From Hemiscyllium ocellatum (taxonomy: Eukaryota), in NCBI RefSeq assembly GCF_020745735.1, contig NC_083427.1, positions 2,077,438-2,141,437 of the forward strand: 64,000 nucleotides of DNA, read 5' to 3'. Every line of letters begins with the position of its first letter. Within the stretch, counting starts at the first letter, position 1. A program made the position numbers and the translations under genes. This document shows, in pieces, positions 25,391 through 39,150 of this stretch. The notes under the pieces are model-generated. The model did no database searches. It was not told where the DNA came from and saw only the letters and a list, made by a program, of their open reading frames with translations.

Positions 25391-25928
25391 GTGACTTGTT
25401 ATCGTTTCCCAAATAAGTAATGAGATGAAATGCTCATTCAGGTATCACCCATCTTCTGAAGTTCTATGCCCAGTCTGCCGAGTTGATCTTTAAGTTGACA
25501 TATTCACTCACTACTTACTCATTTCACCTTAATTTATTTGTATAGTCTTTTTGGGTTCTCCTTAAGAATATTTGCCAAAGCTATTCCATGTCCCCCTTTG
25601 CCCTCCTAATTTCCCTTTTCAGTGTACTCCTACTGAGCTGAAACTGCTCGAAGTGTTCACTTGATCCTTGTTATCTATACGTTTTATAGAACTCATTCGT
25701 TGTTTTCATTGGAGTATAACTTGCTCCAGTCATCCTGGACTCCTTACACGTGCCAGCCTTGCCTCTTTCAGTATTGGAATATATTGCCCCTGGACTCTCG
25801 TTCCCTATTCGTTTACTGTGAATAACCTATCCTAATCAGTTGTTGACTATTCTTGCCCCAAAAAATCAAAATCGGAATTAATCTGGTTTCCATTGCTTTA
25901 AATCAGGGCAATACGTTTGCATCTAGAT

Positions 25929-26136
25929 AAAAGTGAGAACTGAAGACAGTGGACAGTCAGAATCGAAATGTTTGACGCTGGAATATCGCAACTATCCAGG
26001 CAGCATCCATGCAGGTGAATAATTGATGTTGCAGCCATTAGCTATTCCTCAGTCTTGATGAAGGACTGGTGGTCGAAACCCCTAATATTCTACTTCTCGG
26101 ATGCTGCCTGATCTTCTGTACTTTTCCAGCGCCAAA
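25929..26136. mobile_element. Head-to-head pair of Neptune-type PLE termini
   Basis: CAGGCAGCATCC (25997-26008) is the exact inverse of GGATGCTGCCTG (26099-26110). A degenerate ttgatgaag..gaaac lies between them. Confidence 0.65.
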
Positions 26137-27281
26137 CCCAATAATTTTCAATAACTATTTTAAAACCAATATAAGTTTGATCACCAGCTCCAAACTGCAT
26201 CCCTGTCATAATTCAACCACTTGCCCTGCCTTCTCTGCCAAGAATCGGATAACTTTGGTTCCTCCTCGAGTATGTTAATCCACATACTTTTAAGAAATAT
26301 TTATTGAACTCACTTAGCAAGACATTCATACAATAGATTTCATAGTTCATGTTTGGAAATTTAAAATACCCCATTCCAACCCTATTATTTGCCTAGATAG
26401 CTGAGATCTCCTGGAAAGTAATGCTTCTCAATTTTTTGCTGTTAATTGCAGACATAGAGTACAATCCTAACAAGAAGACAAACCATTTCTTATTTTTCAG
26501 TTCCAGTCAAAGTCATTCATTTGATGTTATCCTGGAATGTCCTCCCCAAATACAGCTGTAATGTTTTCCTCAATCATAAATGCCACTCGGCCTCCTCTCT
26601 TGACGACCAGCGATTCTTCCCATACCACAGTAAGTTAAGCTACCAGTACAGCCATTTCTGAGCCACAGTTCTGTAATAACATTAATATTCCTGTCCCTAC
26701 CTCCAAATCATGATCTCAGTTCATCAGACTTCGCATTCAGGCCTCTTGCATAAGGACAAATGAAGTTTAATTTACTAGTCTTCCCTCGTTTTCTACCTTG
26801 GTCTTGCCTAATTTCAATATTTTAGTTGCTTCTGTTCTCAGCTGCACCAGTCTCAGAACTCTGTCTTCGCTCACTATCTCTTTTAATTCCATCAAGTTGC
26901 CCCACATCCTAACAAGTATAAACCCTCGGGAGTGGCACTGGCATATCTCCCGCCAAGATATTGTCTCTGTTCCAATTCAGATAAAATGCCTTCCTTCTTA
27001 CACAGGCCATTCTCCCACAGAGCGATCCTTTTGTTTAAAAAATACGAAGCCTGCCATCTGCAACAACTTCTCAGTCACGCATTCCTTTACCCTATTCTTC
27101 GATTCCTACTGTCACTAGCACATGTTACCAGAAACAATTCAGATATTACTCCTCTTGTGGATTTACTTTTAAAACTTTTGCCTAGGTTCCTTAAATTCTC
27201 ATGTGGCTTTCTCTTCCTATGTCGTTGAGTTCAGCGACCTCTTGCTGATCCCTCTCCCCTTTGAGAATTTTCTGCACCATC

Positions 27282-27586
27282 TTTTTTTTAGATTACTTAC
27301 AGTGTGGAAACAGACCCTTCGGCCCAACAAGTCCACACCGACCCGCAACCCACCCATACCCCTACATATACCCCTTACCTAACACTACGGGCAATTTAGC
27401 ATAGCCAATTCACCTGACCCGCACATCTTTGGACTGTGGGAGGAAACCGGAGCACCCGGAGAAAACCCACGCAGACACGGGGAGAACGTGCAAACTCCAC
27501 ACAGTCAGTCGCCTGAGGCGGGAATTGAACCCAGGTCCCTGGCGCTGTAAGGCAGCAATGCTAACCACTGTGCCACCGTGCCGCCC
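27282..27586 (-). mobile_element. HE1-type SINE (young-looking)
   Basis: Minus-strand head gggcggcacggtggcacagtggttagc with B-box gggttcaattcc. Highly similar to 9925-10228. Confidence 0.92.
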
Positions 27587-28685
27587 AAAGAGAATTTGTT
27601 GACCCTGTCACCAAACACGCATTCTGATGTCTTGGTCTCTGCTGCAAAAGTGCCTCTTTTTTCTGCCCCTAACTAGAAAGTCTCCTACCACAATTGCTTG
27701 GGAACTGGAATACCATTCATTGCATCGAATCAGTCTCAGTTGACTGCCAATGCTTCGTCGGACTGAGAGTCCATCACCGTTACATTTTCCAAAAGCGCAT
27801 ACTTATTTGAGATGGGGATAGCCACAGGAGATACCTGCGCTCGCTGCCAACCATTCCTCCCTTTTCTAGATGTAACCCATCAACGCGACTGACTGCATTT
27901 TTCCTACATTCTGGACTTACTATTCATCATGCCCTCAGGTTCTGGCAAATTCTTCATTGCCTCTTACTGCCACTCCAATAGCATTTGTAATCAAACACAC
28001 TTCCTGCAGACATAATTATCAGTGGTCAAAACCATGCAGCAATATTGTGGCAAATGCTCGCTGTAAATTGGATGACGATCTTGCCACGTTTCCCTCTCGT
28101 AGTAACTGTGTAAGACTACTCACAAGTTCTCCTATTTAAGTGATATGGGCAGTCACCTGATAAAATCAATGAATTGATGGCCCACGCAAAATTCTCAAAA
28201 CAAAAATTGGGCATTGATTTTGACTTTATGTTTTGGATACTGCAAGTGAAACAGTTGTATTCACAACTACTCTGAAATATTTTATGTGTGTTGAATGTTT
28301 TACTTTCATTGCTTTTCAATTTTCAAAATTCCAAAGAACATAATTCTGAATGATACACTGTTTCTGTGTGGAGATACGGAACGAATCTCCATAACTGTCA
28401 CATTCTTTAAGTTAGTTCTTTTGAGTGGATTATCGATGCTGCCGTCTGCACAACCTACAACATGAATAGATGAACAAGTAGACGAAGATGTCCTATTGGC
28501 TCATCGGTCCTCCGTTTCCCTCCAATAAGATCATGGCTGATCTGATTTTAATCTGCAACTCGCATTATGTCTACCCCATTCACTTCCTGAATCTAACAAA
28601 CTCTGCCATGAGAAGAAATCAAAGAAACTTGCTGCTGTCAGTTGTTTTTTTTTCAATAAATGAATTCTCAGTATTCACAAAACTT

Positions 28686-28850
28686 TGTGAGTGTGTGTGT
28701 GTGCGTGTGAGACAGAGTAAGACAGGAGTGCGGGAGAGATATAGAGAGGTTTGGAGACAGAAAGGAATACGGATTGATAGGCAGAGAGACAGAGAGAGAG
28801 AGAGAAATGGAAAGAGGGAGGTGGAGGGAGAGTGAGACAAAGAGAGAGAG
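28686..28850. repeat. Degenerate (TG)n/(GA)n low-complexity tract
   Basis: gtgagtgtgtgtgtgcgtgtgagacagag...gagagagagagaaa. Confidence 0.8.
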
Positions 28851-30907
28851 AATCGCTGTACCTCTCCATTAAATGGTTACTCGCTGATTATTAAACTGTG
28901 ATGCATAGTTCAAGAGGTGTCCAGAAGAGGAGGTGTTCTTCCCGTATGTAATTCAGGATATTCTATGAGTCAAACAGGTCACCTTTCCCACTTTTAATTC
29001 AAATCATAAAAGCCAAGCATCCATATTTTACTTGTATGCATCACTCTCATTCCAGTTGCGAATATGGTGAATGTTCTCTGAACTGCTTCCAGCACATTTA
29101 CGTCCGTCCTGAAGTAAGGTGGAAAACGCAATTGTTTTTTTTATGATTTTATAATCATGTGCACTTATGGTACATCGGTGACGCTGTCGGGACCAGTATT
29201 TATTGTCCAACCTAGATTGCCTATTCAGAATATCCTGTTGGTCAGCATTCTTGAACCGTTACAGTTCTTTTGCTTTTGGGAGACACACAACATTTTAAAG
29301 GAGGACCTCCAGCATTTTGACAGTGTTAAGGATTTGCTCTCTCTAATGCACTGTACAAATAAGGAACAACTTTCATTTTCTTGAATTCAATTCCATTCAC
29401 TACAAATTCGATTAGGTGTTTTGAAAATTTAGTTGCTGTATCTGCATGCTAACCTTTTCTGATTCATGCTCTGGGGGGATAGATACTTCTGCATCTGAAA
29501 GCTCGGCAATCCATCAACACTTGAGGAAATGTTTCTTTATCTTCCTTCTTGGCAAATGGACAAAATAACATTTTTCCAACCTGCCATGAACAGAAACAAA
29601 CAAAAATACATATGTTTTTCTTCCAGGGACACCAACACCATACACATTACTCAATTCCTCTGTGGTCTTTCAAAGACAGCGTAAAGGTGCAATAATTTTG
29701 GGTAATTTTGTAATTTTGGGTCCTATTGCCCTCACAATGTTGCCACTTCCCTCCCTGCACTATTATGCTAACGTTTTGTGGTTTCTGTATTAGAGCTCTC
29801 AGATTCCACTGTATTTCTGGATTGTTAAATTTCCTTCCAATATAATAGCAATATAATTATCCAAGTTAATGTTCTCACCAGATAAGTCAGATCCCAGATT
29901 TAAAAAAAACAAAATCCAAAGTCTTTCGTGAAATATGAACACGTAAGGCATCAGAACTCGTCTCAATTCTAAAACAGGAATTTATTACATATGAACATGA
30001 AAGCGAAACAAACAAGTTTCTGCAAAACATAGCATAACAATTTGCTATCTACCTCCAAATACAGAGAAAGTTTCGTCCTCCATCAATTCTGTAAGTTGTA
30101 TGAAACATTTCTTTCCAGTATGCATGCTGTGAACTGCGAATCCTTTTTTTTCACTCACGCAACTGTCCTACTTACAGAGAAGTGAACAGTGTCTTAACTG
30201 TTGTGAATATAGTCACTTCATTTTATCTAAGGGAAACAATTCCTGTTTGTAACTTCAATCAAGTCACCTTCGAACCCAACTTGTCTTTTCTTACCTGAAA
30301 TCAATCATTTGTTATTTGCTTGCTATTTTATTAGCTCATCTCAGTCTCATGCCAATATCTCTGTCCTGGACCACCTACAATTATCCCAAAAAGCGCAACG
30401 AACCTCAAGGAAAAAACACATATTGTCCCCTCAGGCAATGCACAAATGCTAACGCTCAACTCTTCAATTTCAGAGTCGCGGAATGACGTTTGTACTCCAT
30501 TTTTCTGACATACATACAAACATAGCAAATGGTAACAAGAGCGATCCCTTCCGTCCTCCTAAACTACTTCACCATTAAATCTGATCATGGCTCATCATTC
30601 AGCACAATACATTTTTCCGACGGCATTTGACATTTTGCAAGAGCTGGAACCTCGCAAAATGCTTTGGAATGGTGCATCAGCAGTAAAGTGCATTGTGGTG
30701 TCATAACCCTAACCGTAACCCCATTATTTTATAAACACAAGGTTTAATTTGTACTGTTAAAAACACTGAGGACACCAATGCCTCTCAGGTTACTTTTAAA
30801 TCGTTTTTGTTCTCACCCTTAACTATTGCCCTCTTGTTTTGGACTGCCGTTCGGTGGGGAAAAAGAATTTGGCTTTTCAGGCTTTAATTGCCACTCATGA
30901 TTTTATG

Positions 30908-31095
30908 ATGTGGAGGTACCAGTGTTAGACTGGAGTGGACAAATTCAGAAGTCACACCACACCAAGTTACAGTGCAATGAGGATACTTGAAATGACATGC
31001 TTTCAAAGCGCTGTCATTTGTTTAGATGAAGTGATGAAGAAGCTGTGCTCTGGAAGCCTGTGATTACGAGACCTGGGCGTCATGTGACTTTTGAT
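30908..31095. mobile_element. Degenerate head-to-head pair of termini from a third PLE-like family
   Basis: tcagaagtcacaccacaccaagtt is an imperfect inverse of gacctgggcgtcatgtgacttttga. A hammerhead-like gtgatgaagaagc..ggaagc lies in the centre. A related single terminus is at about 50620-50731. Confidence 0.45.
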
Positions 31096-31699
31096 CATGC
31101 CTTGATAAACCTTTATAAGGTCACCCATCAGCGTCGTATGCTCCAAGGAATAACAGTCCGAGATTATTAAGCCTCTCATCATAACTCAAACCCTCCTGCC
31201 TCAGGAACATCGTAATAAATCTTTTTTGCACTCCTATCATTTTCATGACATTGCTCCTGCTGGCCGACCAGAAATGTGCGCAGATCTCCAAATGTGGTCT
31301 CACTAATTACGCATACACCTATAACATGACAGTCAAAACTCCTGTAATCAATGATCAAACAAATGTAGGCAATTGTGGCAAACTGCCTTCTTCACCAACC
31401 AGTCTACCTGTGACGCCACTTTCAAGGAACTATGCAACTGCGCCCTCAGGTGTTCCTGTTTGGGTCATTCCATTAATTCCTGTTTGAGTTTGTTTCTAGA
31501 AAATGCAACACTTTGCTTTTAAGTAATTTAAACCCCATCTACCATTCCTCGTCCCATTGGCCCAGTTCTCCTCGTAGGGAACCTTCTTGACTGTGCATCA
31601 TCATGGATTTTGGAGTTGTTTGCAAACTCACGAAGGATGTCTTAGTTTTTCTCAACTAAAACGTTTACTTAAATTACGAATAACAGTGAAACAAACACC

Positions 31700-33700
31700 A
31701 ATTCATGAGACATACCACTGGTCACAGCCTCCATTCTGAAACACATCCTCTATCACCACCCTCTGTCTCCTCGCATAAAGCCAATTTTTTCAATGCACTA
31801 GCTCTCCCTGCATCCTATTTGTTCTCATGGTATTATCTAATGTGCCATGCAGAACCTTTTAATAGGCCTTGCCAATGTCCGTGCGCACAATATCTGTCAT
31901 TCTGTCTTAATCTATCGTCTTGGTCACCCCTCCAATGATCTCAATAAAATTGGTGAGGCACGATTTGCTACGAGCAAAGTCATGCTGAGTGTCCCTCATT
32001 AATCATTGTCTTTCCAAATGCATGTGGATGTTTTCTCTCAGAATGCCCTCAAGCAACATGTCCACAATTGACGTCAGCCTTAGTGTAATCTCGTTCCCAG
32101 GCTTTTCCAGAGTCTTTCTTAAATATTGGCGCAATACTTGCACCCTTCAGTCTTTTAGTAGTTTATCCGTAGTTGTACATGACACAGATATGTGTGCTAG
32201 ATGCCGGAATTGCATTCCTAGAGCCGCACAATATACTCGTATACACCTAAGCATGTTCCCAGGCATTCGTCAACTTTTATGCATTATAAGGCCTTTACTA
32301 TCTCTTCGTCAGTGATGTGGATTCTTCTCAAGAAATCACTGTTGATTTCGCTGAGATTCTGGACTCCCTGTTGTACTGCGTTCTAACACAAAATATTCGT
32401 TTGGGATCTCACCGATCTCCTGTCATTTCACCCATATATGCAACCCTTTCCTTAAGGGGCCTTTTTCTCTCCCTAGTTACTCTTTCGCACTTAATATATA
32501 TGTAAAATTTCTTTGGATACTCCTTAATCTAAACTGCCAAAATTATCTGCTGTCCCGTTTATGCCGCATTCGTTTTCCTCTTAAGTATGCTCCAACACTC
32601 CTTTCCTCTCAAAGTATTCACTGACCTCAGTTGTCCATACTTGAAATATGTCTCTTGCTTTTTCTTGACCAGAACATCAACATCTCTGGTCAGTATTCCG
32701 TACTGCTTGCAGCTGTGCCCTTCACTCTCAAAGCAACATGTTGTATCTGAACTCTCGTTATGTCACTTTTGAATGCCTCCAATTTGCCAGACATCCTTTG
32801 GCTTGCAAAAAGCCCCACCCAATCAACCGTTGAATGTTCCTGTGTAATAACATCACAATTGGCCTTGCCCTGATTTAAAATTAAAACTGTGCATCGGTTC
32901 TATCGTTTTCTACTACGATTTTAAGGTGAATAGAATTATACTCATCTGGTCCAAAAGTGCTACTCCACGAACATGTCAGTCATTTATTTCTTCAGAAGTG
33001 GTCTCTTCCCTCCACATCCATCTGCATTTTGATTGAGAAAACACATTCCCTCGGAAAGGAAGTGTTGCTGCACCCACCCATACCAGTGAATGAGAGGATG
33101 AATAATAATCCATTCGAACAACTCCATTGACATATTTGTGGTTGAATAGACTCACAACAATGCCTAATCTATTTCTGATGAACGATCCACAATTCTGGTT
33201 TCCCTGCTATAGGAAGGATGTCGTGAAACCTGTAAGTGTTCAGCAAAGATTGACAAGGATTTTGCCATGGTTTTAGGCTTTCAGCTATCGGGAGAGTCTG
33301 AATACACTGGGGCTTTTTTCCTTGGAACATTAGAAGCTGAGGGCTCAACTTAAGGTTTATAAAAAATGAGGGGCATGGACAGTGTGAACAGACAAGGTAT
33401 TTCCTTGAGTTCGAGGATTCCAAAAGTAGAATGTCAGAAAGGAAAGATTTTAAAGGAACGAATGGGGCAACAATTTCACTCAGACAGGGGGTGCCTATAT
33501 GGAATGAGGTCCAGAGGAAGTGTTGGAGGCTGCCGCAATTGCAACATTTAAATAGCATCTGGATTGGTATACAAATAGGAACAATTCAGAGGGATACGTG
33601 AATAATGTCGGCATATAGCACTGCATTCATTTAGGTTACTTGCTCAGCATGGACAAGTTGGTCTGAAAGGTCTGTTCCTGTGCTGTACATCTCCACGAGT
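31700..33700. mobile_element. CR1-type LINE fragments (minus strand about 31700-33000; plus-strand 3' end about 33130-33700)
   Basis: Minus-strand RT-like sequence (ctcagcatgactttgctcgtagcaaatcgtgcctcacc), then a plus-strand FWFPCYRKDVVK..RLRAQL.VYK-like segment with the tail. Confidence 0.65.
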
Positions 33701-35079
33701 CCATAACTCTTACAGTCGCTTTGTTCATTGCAGTAATACATTTTCTACCATTTTCAATTTTTGCAATTCTTCATACTGTGGCATTTTCAATAAATGTGAC
33801 AATATCAATGGCACACTTTATAATTGCAAAGGCTGTGCACTGGCACAAAACAGATCTTAGATTGATTCAGTGATTTGTGAAGAATGACCATGTCTGCATG
33901 ATGTATTTTCTCAGTTGCCCTTTTAAACAGACCAAAGGTCATGGATGGTTTAGCTAGAGCATCTAAAGCTTCCTGTCCATTCACAGATTTGTTTCTGAAA
34001 CCTCAAGGTTCATATCTTTGAAATTCCTTTGCAAAATATTCTTAAAACAGAAAACAAAACGTTCCTTCATGTCGCAGAGCAAGGTTTGTATATTTTCTTG
34101 AGTTTGCTCTCGATAACCGCACATGTTTTCGAATATGTCAACCGTGATATTGTTACGTTGCACATTTTGACATCTGCTCTTCACTGTTCACTACATTCAA
34201 CAACCTTCTAGTTTAGAATTTGAAACCTGGAGCAGAATTAGACCATTCAGTCTAACGAATCTGCTCTGCCACATATCATGGCAGATCTGATGAACCTGGG
34301 CTTCAATTTCTTGACTTTTCCTTTTCCCAATTGATTCCTTTCCTGAGTAGATATCACTGCTTGAATATTTTAAATAACGCAGCATCGACAGCCTACTATG
34401 ATAAGAAATTCGACAGATTCACAATCTTTTGAGAGAAAAATACCTCATCACATCTACGTTAAATACTTGACTCTTAATACTGATTGTATCCAGTTGTCGT
34501 AGACAGTCCCGCAAGGGGAAATCCTTCTCCAAATTTCTGATTATAATTGGTTTGATAAGATCGCCTTTCATTCTTCTCAACTTCAAGGCCAAATATTTTA
34601 ATTATGTTTATTTTTTAAAAACCCTTCATATCAGAGACATCTTTCAATAGTTAAGGGCACCATAAGTTGTTCACGGTTTTCCAGCCTTTATTTGATTATT
34701 ACCTTCTTTGGTTTGAATTGGCCTCTTTCCACAGCTCATAAGGAAGATGACCAAATATGTGATTTAATTTGCAGGTGTCGATACTTTTTAAGTGAGACCA
34801 GTTTTACCCCCAATTTACATAATGACCTATTGATGGAAAGAAGAATTGAGAAGTTACTCATTGACCGCACCTTACTTAAAAATAGCGACTAAGTAATTAA
34901 AATGTCTGCCATCACCATTTCAGCTGGATTCCAGATAACGTGAGAGTGGCTGTTCTCTATACTAATGTCGCAATTGACCAAATGGGGAGTCAATGGTCTC
35001 GTCCAAAATTGGTGCCACTGAGAATCAGGTGAAAAAATAATGCTTTGCGCCACTTTAAGCAAATGGAAAATGCCTCGAG

Positions 35080-35560
35080 ATGTTGGAGATCAGTAATCTC
35101 AACGCCCGGGCATCTCTGCTGAAGTTCTTCAGGGGAATGATTCTGGCTGAACTATCTTTATCCGTTTCATCAACGAACTCCCCTATACCATAAAGTTAGG
35201 TGCAGGGACGTTTACTGGTGATCGTACAACGTTCAGCACCATCCATAACTCTTCAAATACTGATTCAGTCCATGTCTAAATGTTCCACGATCTGGATCCA
35301 TAGAACGTTTTGGGAAGACAATTGTCAGCGAAAGTTCCTGTCACTCTCATACCAGCCACTGGTTATCACTAAAAAATTACCCGGAGACATTCAGTGATAT
35401 TAACTTCACAGGATCGCCCATTATGGACGACCTAACTGCCACCATTGTCCAGAACCTGATCTGCTCTAATCATATAAGTACAGTGGCAACAAGAATTGGT
35501 CAGAGGCTAGAAATCTGATTCACTAACTATAGGATGGTGCGTTGCCTCCTTGAAGGGAAT
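35080..35560 (+). mobile_element. RT fragment of the second LINE family (as at 6850-7790)
   Basis: Degenerate VLQG..LAELSL..FINELP..IKL GAGTFTGDRTTFSTI, the QGSVLGP..INDL..FADD region. Confidence 0.55.
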
Positions 35561-35910
35561 GCTATTATGACGTGGCTGCAGAACACCTTCTCGGGAATAT
35601 GGCACTGTCAGATGTTACTTTTCGCATTGGTCTTAACAACATGGGCAGAAAGAAGACCGGGGTCCTGAACACAGATTTCAGCGAGTTAAGAATGAAATTG
35701 AAAGACAAATTCTCAAAGACACTAATCTGAGGATTTCTCTCTGCCACGCATCAGTGGGTAAAAAAGCAGAAAGAGTGATTGATTCAAAACGTTTTGAAGA
35801 GCACATGTAGGAAAAGGCTCTTTGGATTCTGAGGAATTAGAATGGATTTTCCAGCGGGTTGAGTCAGTGTTATCTGAACGTGCTACATTTTCACTGATCA
35901 GTCTTCTTAG

Positions 35911-36100
35911 AGGCTGGAGATTAGGGTCGAGAAGTGTAGTGCGGGAAGAACAAAGACAGTCCAGCAGCATCAGAAAAGCAGGAGAGCAGATTTTTCGAAT
36001 ATGACCACTTAATCAGATGAAGAGCTCATGCTCATAACTTCGACTATCCTGTTCCTCGGATTTTGCCCAACTGGCTGCGCTTTTACAGCACCACACTTCT
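35911..36100. mobile_element. Head-to-head pair of Neptune-type PLE termini
   Basis: AGAAGTGTAGTGC (35930-35942) versus GCACCACACTTCT (36088-36100) is a 12/13 inverted match. The arms meet at degenerate hammerhead cores (about 36010-36020). Confidence 0.65.
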
Positions 36101-38449
36101 AACTATTTCAGTTTCTGTTTAATCGTAACTCACGGAGAGTTGGCAAATGGATAATTCAGTGACTGAAAAACCATTGGGTATGAAGTGGTGATAGCTACAT
36201 GTCTTGTTGGGTCGATGATCATTGGATGGATCTCAGAGCATTTGAATCCACCAAAAGTACCAGCAAATTCGGTGAAAATGTCATGTGATAACTGATTCAG
36301 TGTTGAATGAGGCAGAGGTGCTATTTAGACAAAAAATATGTTTACAGAATGCAATATACATGACAGAGACACAAGTATGTGATATATATGTATGTACATT
36401 TCCCTCCCCCTTTGTGTATATATGTATATGTATCTCCTTACTTCTGCCTCTGATGAAATAGAGTCACCAGGCTACAACACAGTCAAAGTCCAGTCCCTCC
36501 ATCGTGGGAACAAGTGTGGCTTATCCATCGTTGCTCTCCCTCAACGGGAATATCATCTTTCCAGAGACAAATTCAAAAATTCACACAGTGGTCCAGGTGA
36601 AGTCTAACAAAGCTGCTTTACAAACGAGGCAACACTTCATTACTGCTGCAATCAAATCCTCTTGTGATGACAGCTAAAATTGTATCAACCTTGTTGTATG
36701 CGGAAGTTCGCCTTCAGTGCACAATTGAGACGGGCACCCAAAGCCTTTGTTCCTCTTCTTTTACAACCTAAAGTAATTTGGCGAATATTAAGCAGATTGT
36801 TTCTTTCCACAAGAGTGGAAAATCTCTCATTTTCCCAGGATATTTTCAATCTGCCATGACTTGATCATTGTTTAAACAAGAATTGGCATAAGATCGCGGG
36901 CGATTTCCTTCATGCCTCCAGGAAACAGATCAATGTCTTTTGTGCGTGATTAATGTAATTTTGACTTTTTCTGAATGTTTTATATTTTATTTCTCTGAAA
37001 TTAATTTTTATTTATCTGAAACAAGAACGGTTTCATGTTCTTCAAGTCATCAGAAAAAAAAATCCCTAATGTTGTCAACTTGATACATAAAATTCCAGTA
37101 AAAGAAAACTTCCTTCGTGTTATATGTGGATGCTGGTATGATCAGCCATTTCAGACCAACTGCATCTTCGTAGATATACCAGCCATGATATCGATAATTT
37201 GCACCTTTCTTCATTTCCTGTACGCTGCTTATCTCAGTTGAAACATTCGAATTTCACATGTTTGAGCACAACCTTGAGCTGAGACATCTAGTTTAAACAA
37301 GCGTATGGAACCGGCTTTATGCTGACGGGTTCTCTCCTAATTTTCAATACGTTTTACCTTTTGGATTTATTAAGAAACAATATTCAATAAGTATAGATGC
37401 CTCAAAAATGAGATTGCCTGACGCAGTTGCGTACTTCCATCCTTGCAGTTGAATTGCCATCCTTTGTTCAACAGCGAGGAACGGCTGTTAATCTGTCAAT
37501 AATGTTTACATCTTGAAAGACAGGCAACTATTGAGAATCTGTATTTTATCATGGAAACCTGGTTGTCACAAAACATGATCAAGCTTCGAGACTGCAGAAT
37601 ACTGATCAGTTTCTGCAAGATGAACTCGGATCAGCCGTCTTTGTGGTTTAGCGAAATTTTAACATGTGTTTGCATCATACAAGTTATTGTACTGATTAAT
37701 ATTTCATATTTAAATAGAATGTTCTGCCGTGCCATTTATTTGCAATACTTTTAGGTATTTGACAAGATTAATTTTCATTTCCATAATTCTCCTAAATCTG
37801 ATACGTGCAAACTTACAGAATTACTGAATGATGTTGATCTTGGTTGAACACTGAAACACATCACTGATTTTTTTTCTCATTTTAATTGTGTGTAATAAAG
37901 GAAGGTATAGCAGAACTGAGATGTCTATCAAGCAGATTTCATAAGTTACTTGATTCTACGATTAATTGCTTTGAGAGCAAATGGGGGCTGAGACGCTAAG
38001 ATTCAATCAGAATCGGTGGAATCTGGTGCAACTTAAATTCTCAGTTCTATCTGCAACAAATGACTGTCAACCAGATTGCAACTGACTTAAAGTGAACTCA
38101 GTGCGAGGGACATAACATAAAACAACTTCGTGACATCAAGAAATATTTGAAAGTACTGAATGAAGCAAAGGCTATTGTTGCTGTCATTGTCCCTGCATTA
38201 GTTATAAATGTAAATGCTCCATATCTTTCTAGTAGAAGGGCTTCTTGCAGCAACACAGTACGCTTCCCACATGCATCCTGTCCAGGAATATAGGACAAAA
38301 ACTAAAACAGAAAATAGCACTGCAGTTGACTTTTGTTAGTCATTATTTTAAAAAAAGGAGGGCAATCTCAGTGATGCGGGGGAATTCAGTGATTGTAATG
38401 GTATGAAGTGGTAATATCAAAATTCTTTCTTGTTTTAGTTAGTAATTGG

Positions 38450-39150
38450 CTGATCACGTGAGGTGCTAATATGTGTCTTTTTTTAGCCTAACCCTGGGAA
38501 TTTTCCAGGTCGTAATGCATTTGGCCACATATGTCTTCCGTTTCTGAGGAGTTGTGAATTGTACTGAATATTGTGCCTTCTTCAGAAAACATCACATTTC
38601 TGATTTGAAAATGATAAATGAAGTAACTGAAGTGGGTTGAATATATGACATTACTTTGAGTATTTCCGACAGGAACGTTCTGAAGCTGAAATATCTGACA
38701 TCGAACAGCCACAGCGATCATCCGATGCACTCGGTATAATTCGAACCAGTGGAGGGTTTTGATTCTGATCGATTTCGGTTTTTCGAGTGTTTGTTCATTC
38801 TGCATGCAATCAAATGTGGCCTTGATATGAAGAATTGATTCTTTTGCTTCACCTCTGGAATTCGGCTCATTGTCCATTTTTGAACCAAGACTGCACCAAC
38901 GTCAGTTTCGAAGCAGCCTTGGCAGGTGTCATACTTACTGCAAAACAATTGGTTCTTTTTAACAATGTTGAAGAGCCGTACCATCACTTTTCCAGTGATC
39001 GAGATTTTACTGATTGGTGATAATTGGTCGGAGTGGAAAAGGAAATAGTGAGGCAATTTTCATCATTGCTGGTTAGACGGCATTATTGTAGATTTACCAG
39101 AACAACTTGGCTCGAAGTACAACAGGTGTTTTTGCAAAATATCAAGTACA
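38450..39150 (-). mobile_element. Highly degenerate Gypsy/Ty3 LTR-retrotransposon pol remnant (RT C-terminus and RNase H)
   Basis: Minus strand FAK..V....MMKIASLFPFP, then ETDVGAVLVQ (the DAS..GVGAVL.Q RNase H motif), then QIFQLQNVPVGNTQSNVI, in Gypsy order. Confidence 0.45.

Larger units (their letters stand above)
25420..27950 (-). mobile_element. Degenerate CR1-type LINE 5' portion (ORF1 and endonuclease), interrupted by a PLE palindrome and a SINE
   Basis: The reverse complement has CR1 endonuclease-like and ORF1-like motifs similar to those at 1-665 and 22090-23100. Confidence 0.55.

Noticed and set aside
30704-30721. TAACCC-TAACCG-TAACCC telomere-like triplet
   Set aside because: Only three imperfect units; insufficient for an interstitial telomeric site.
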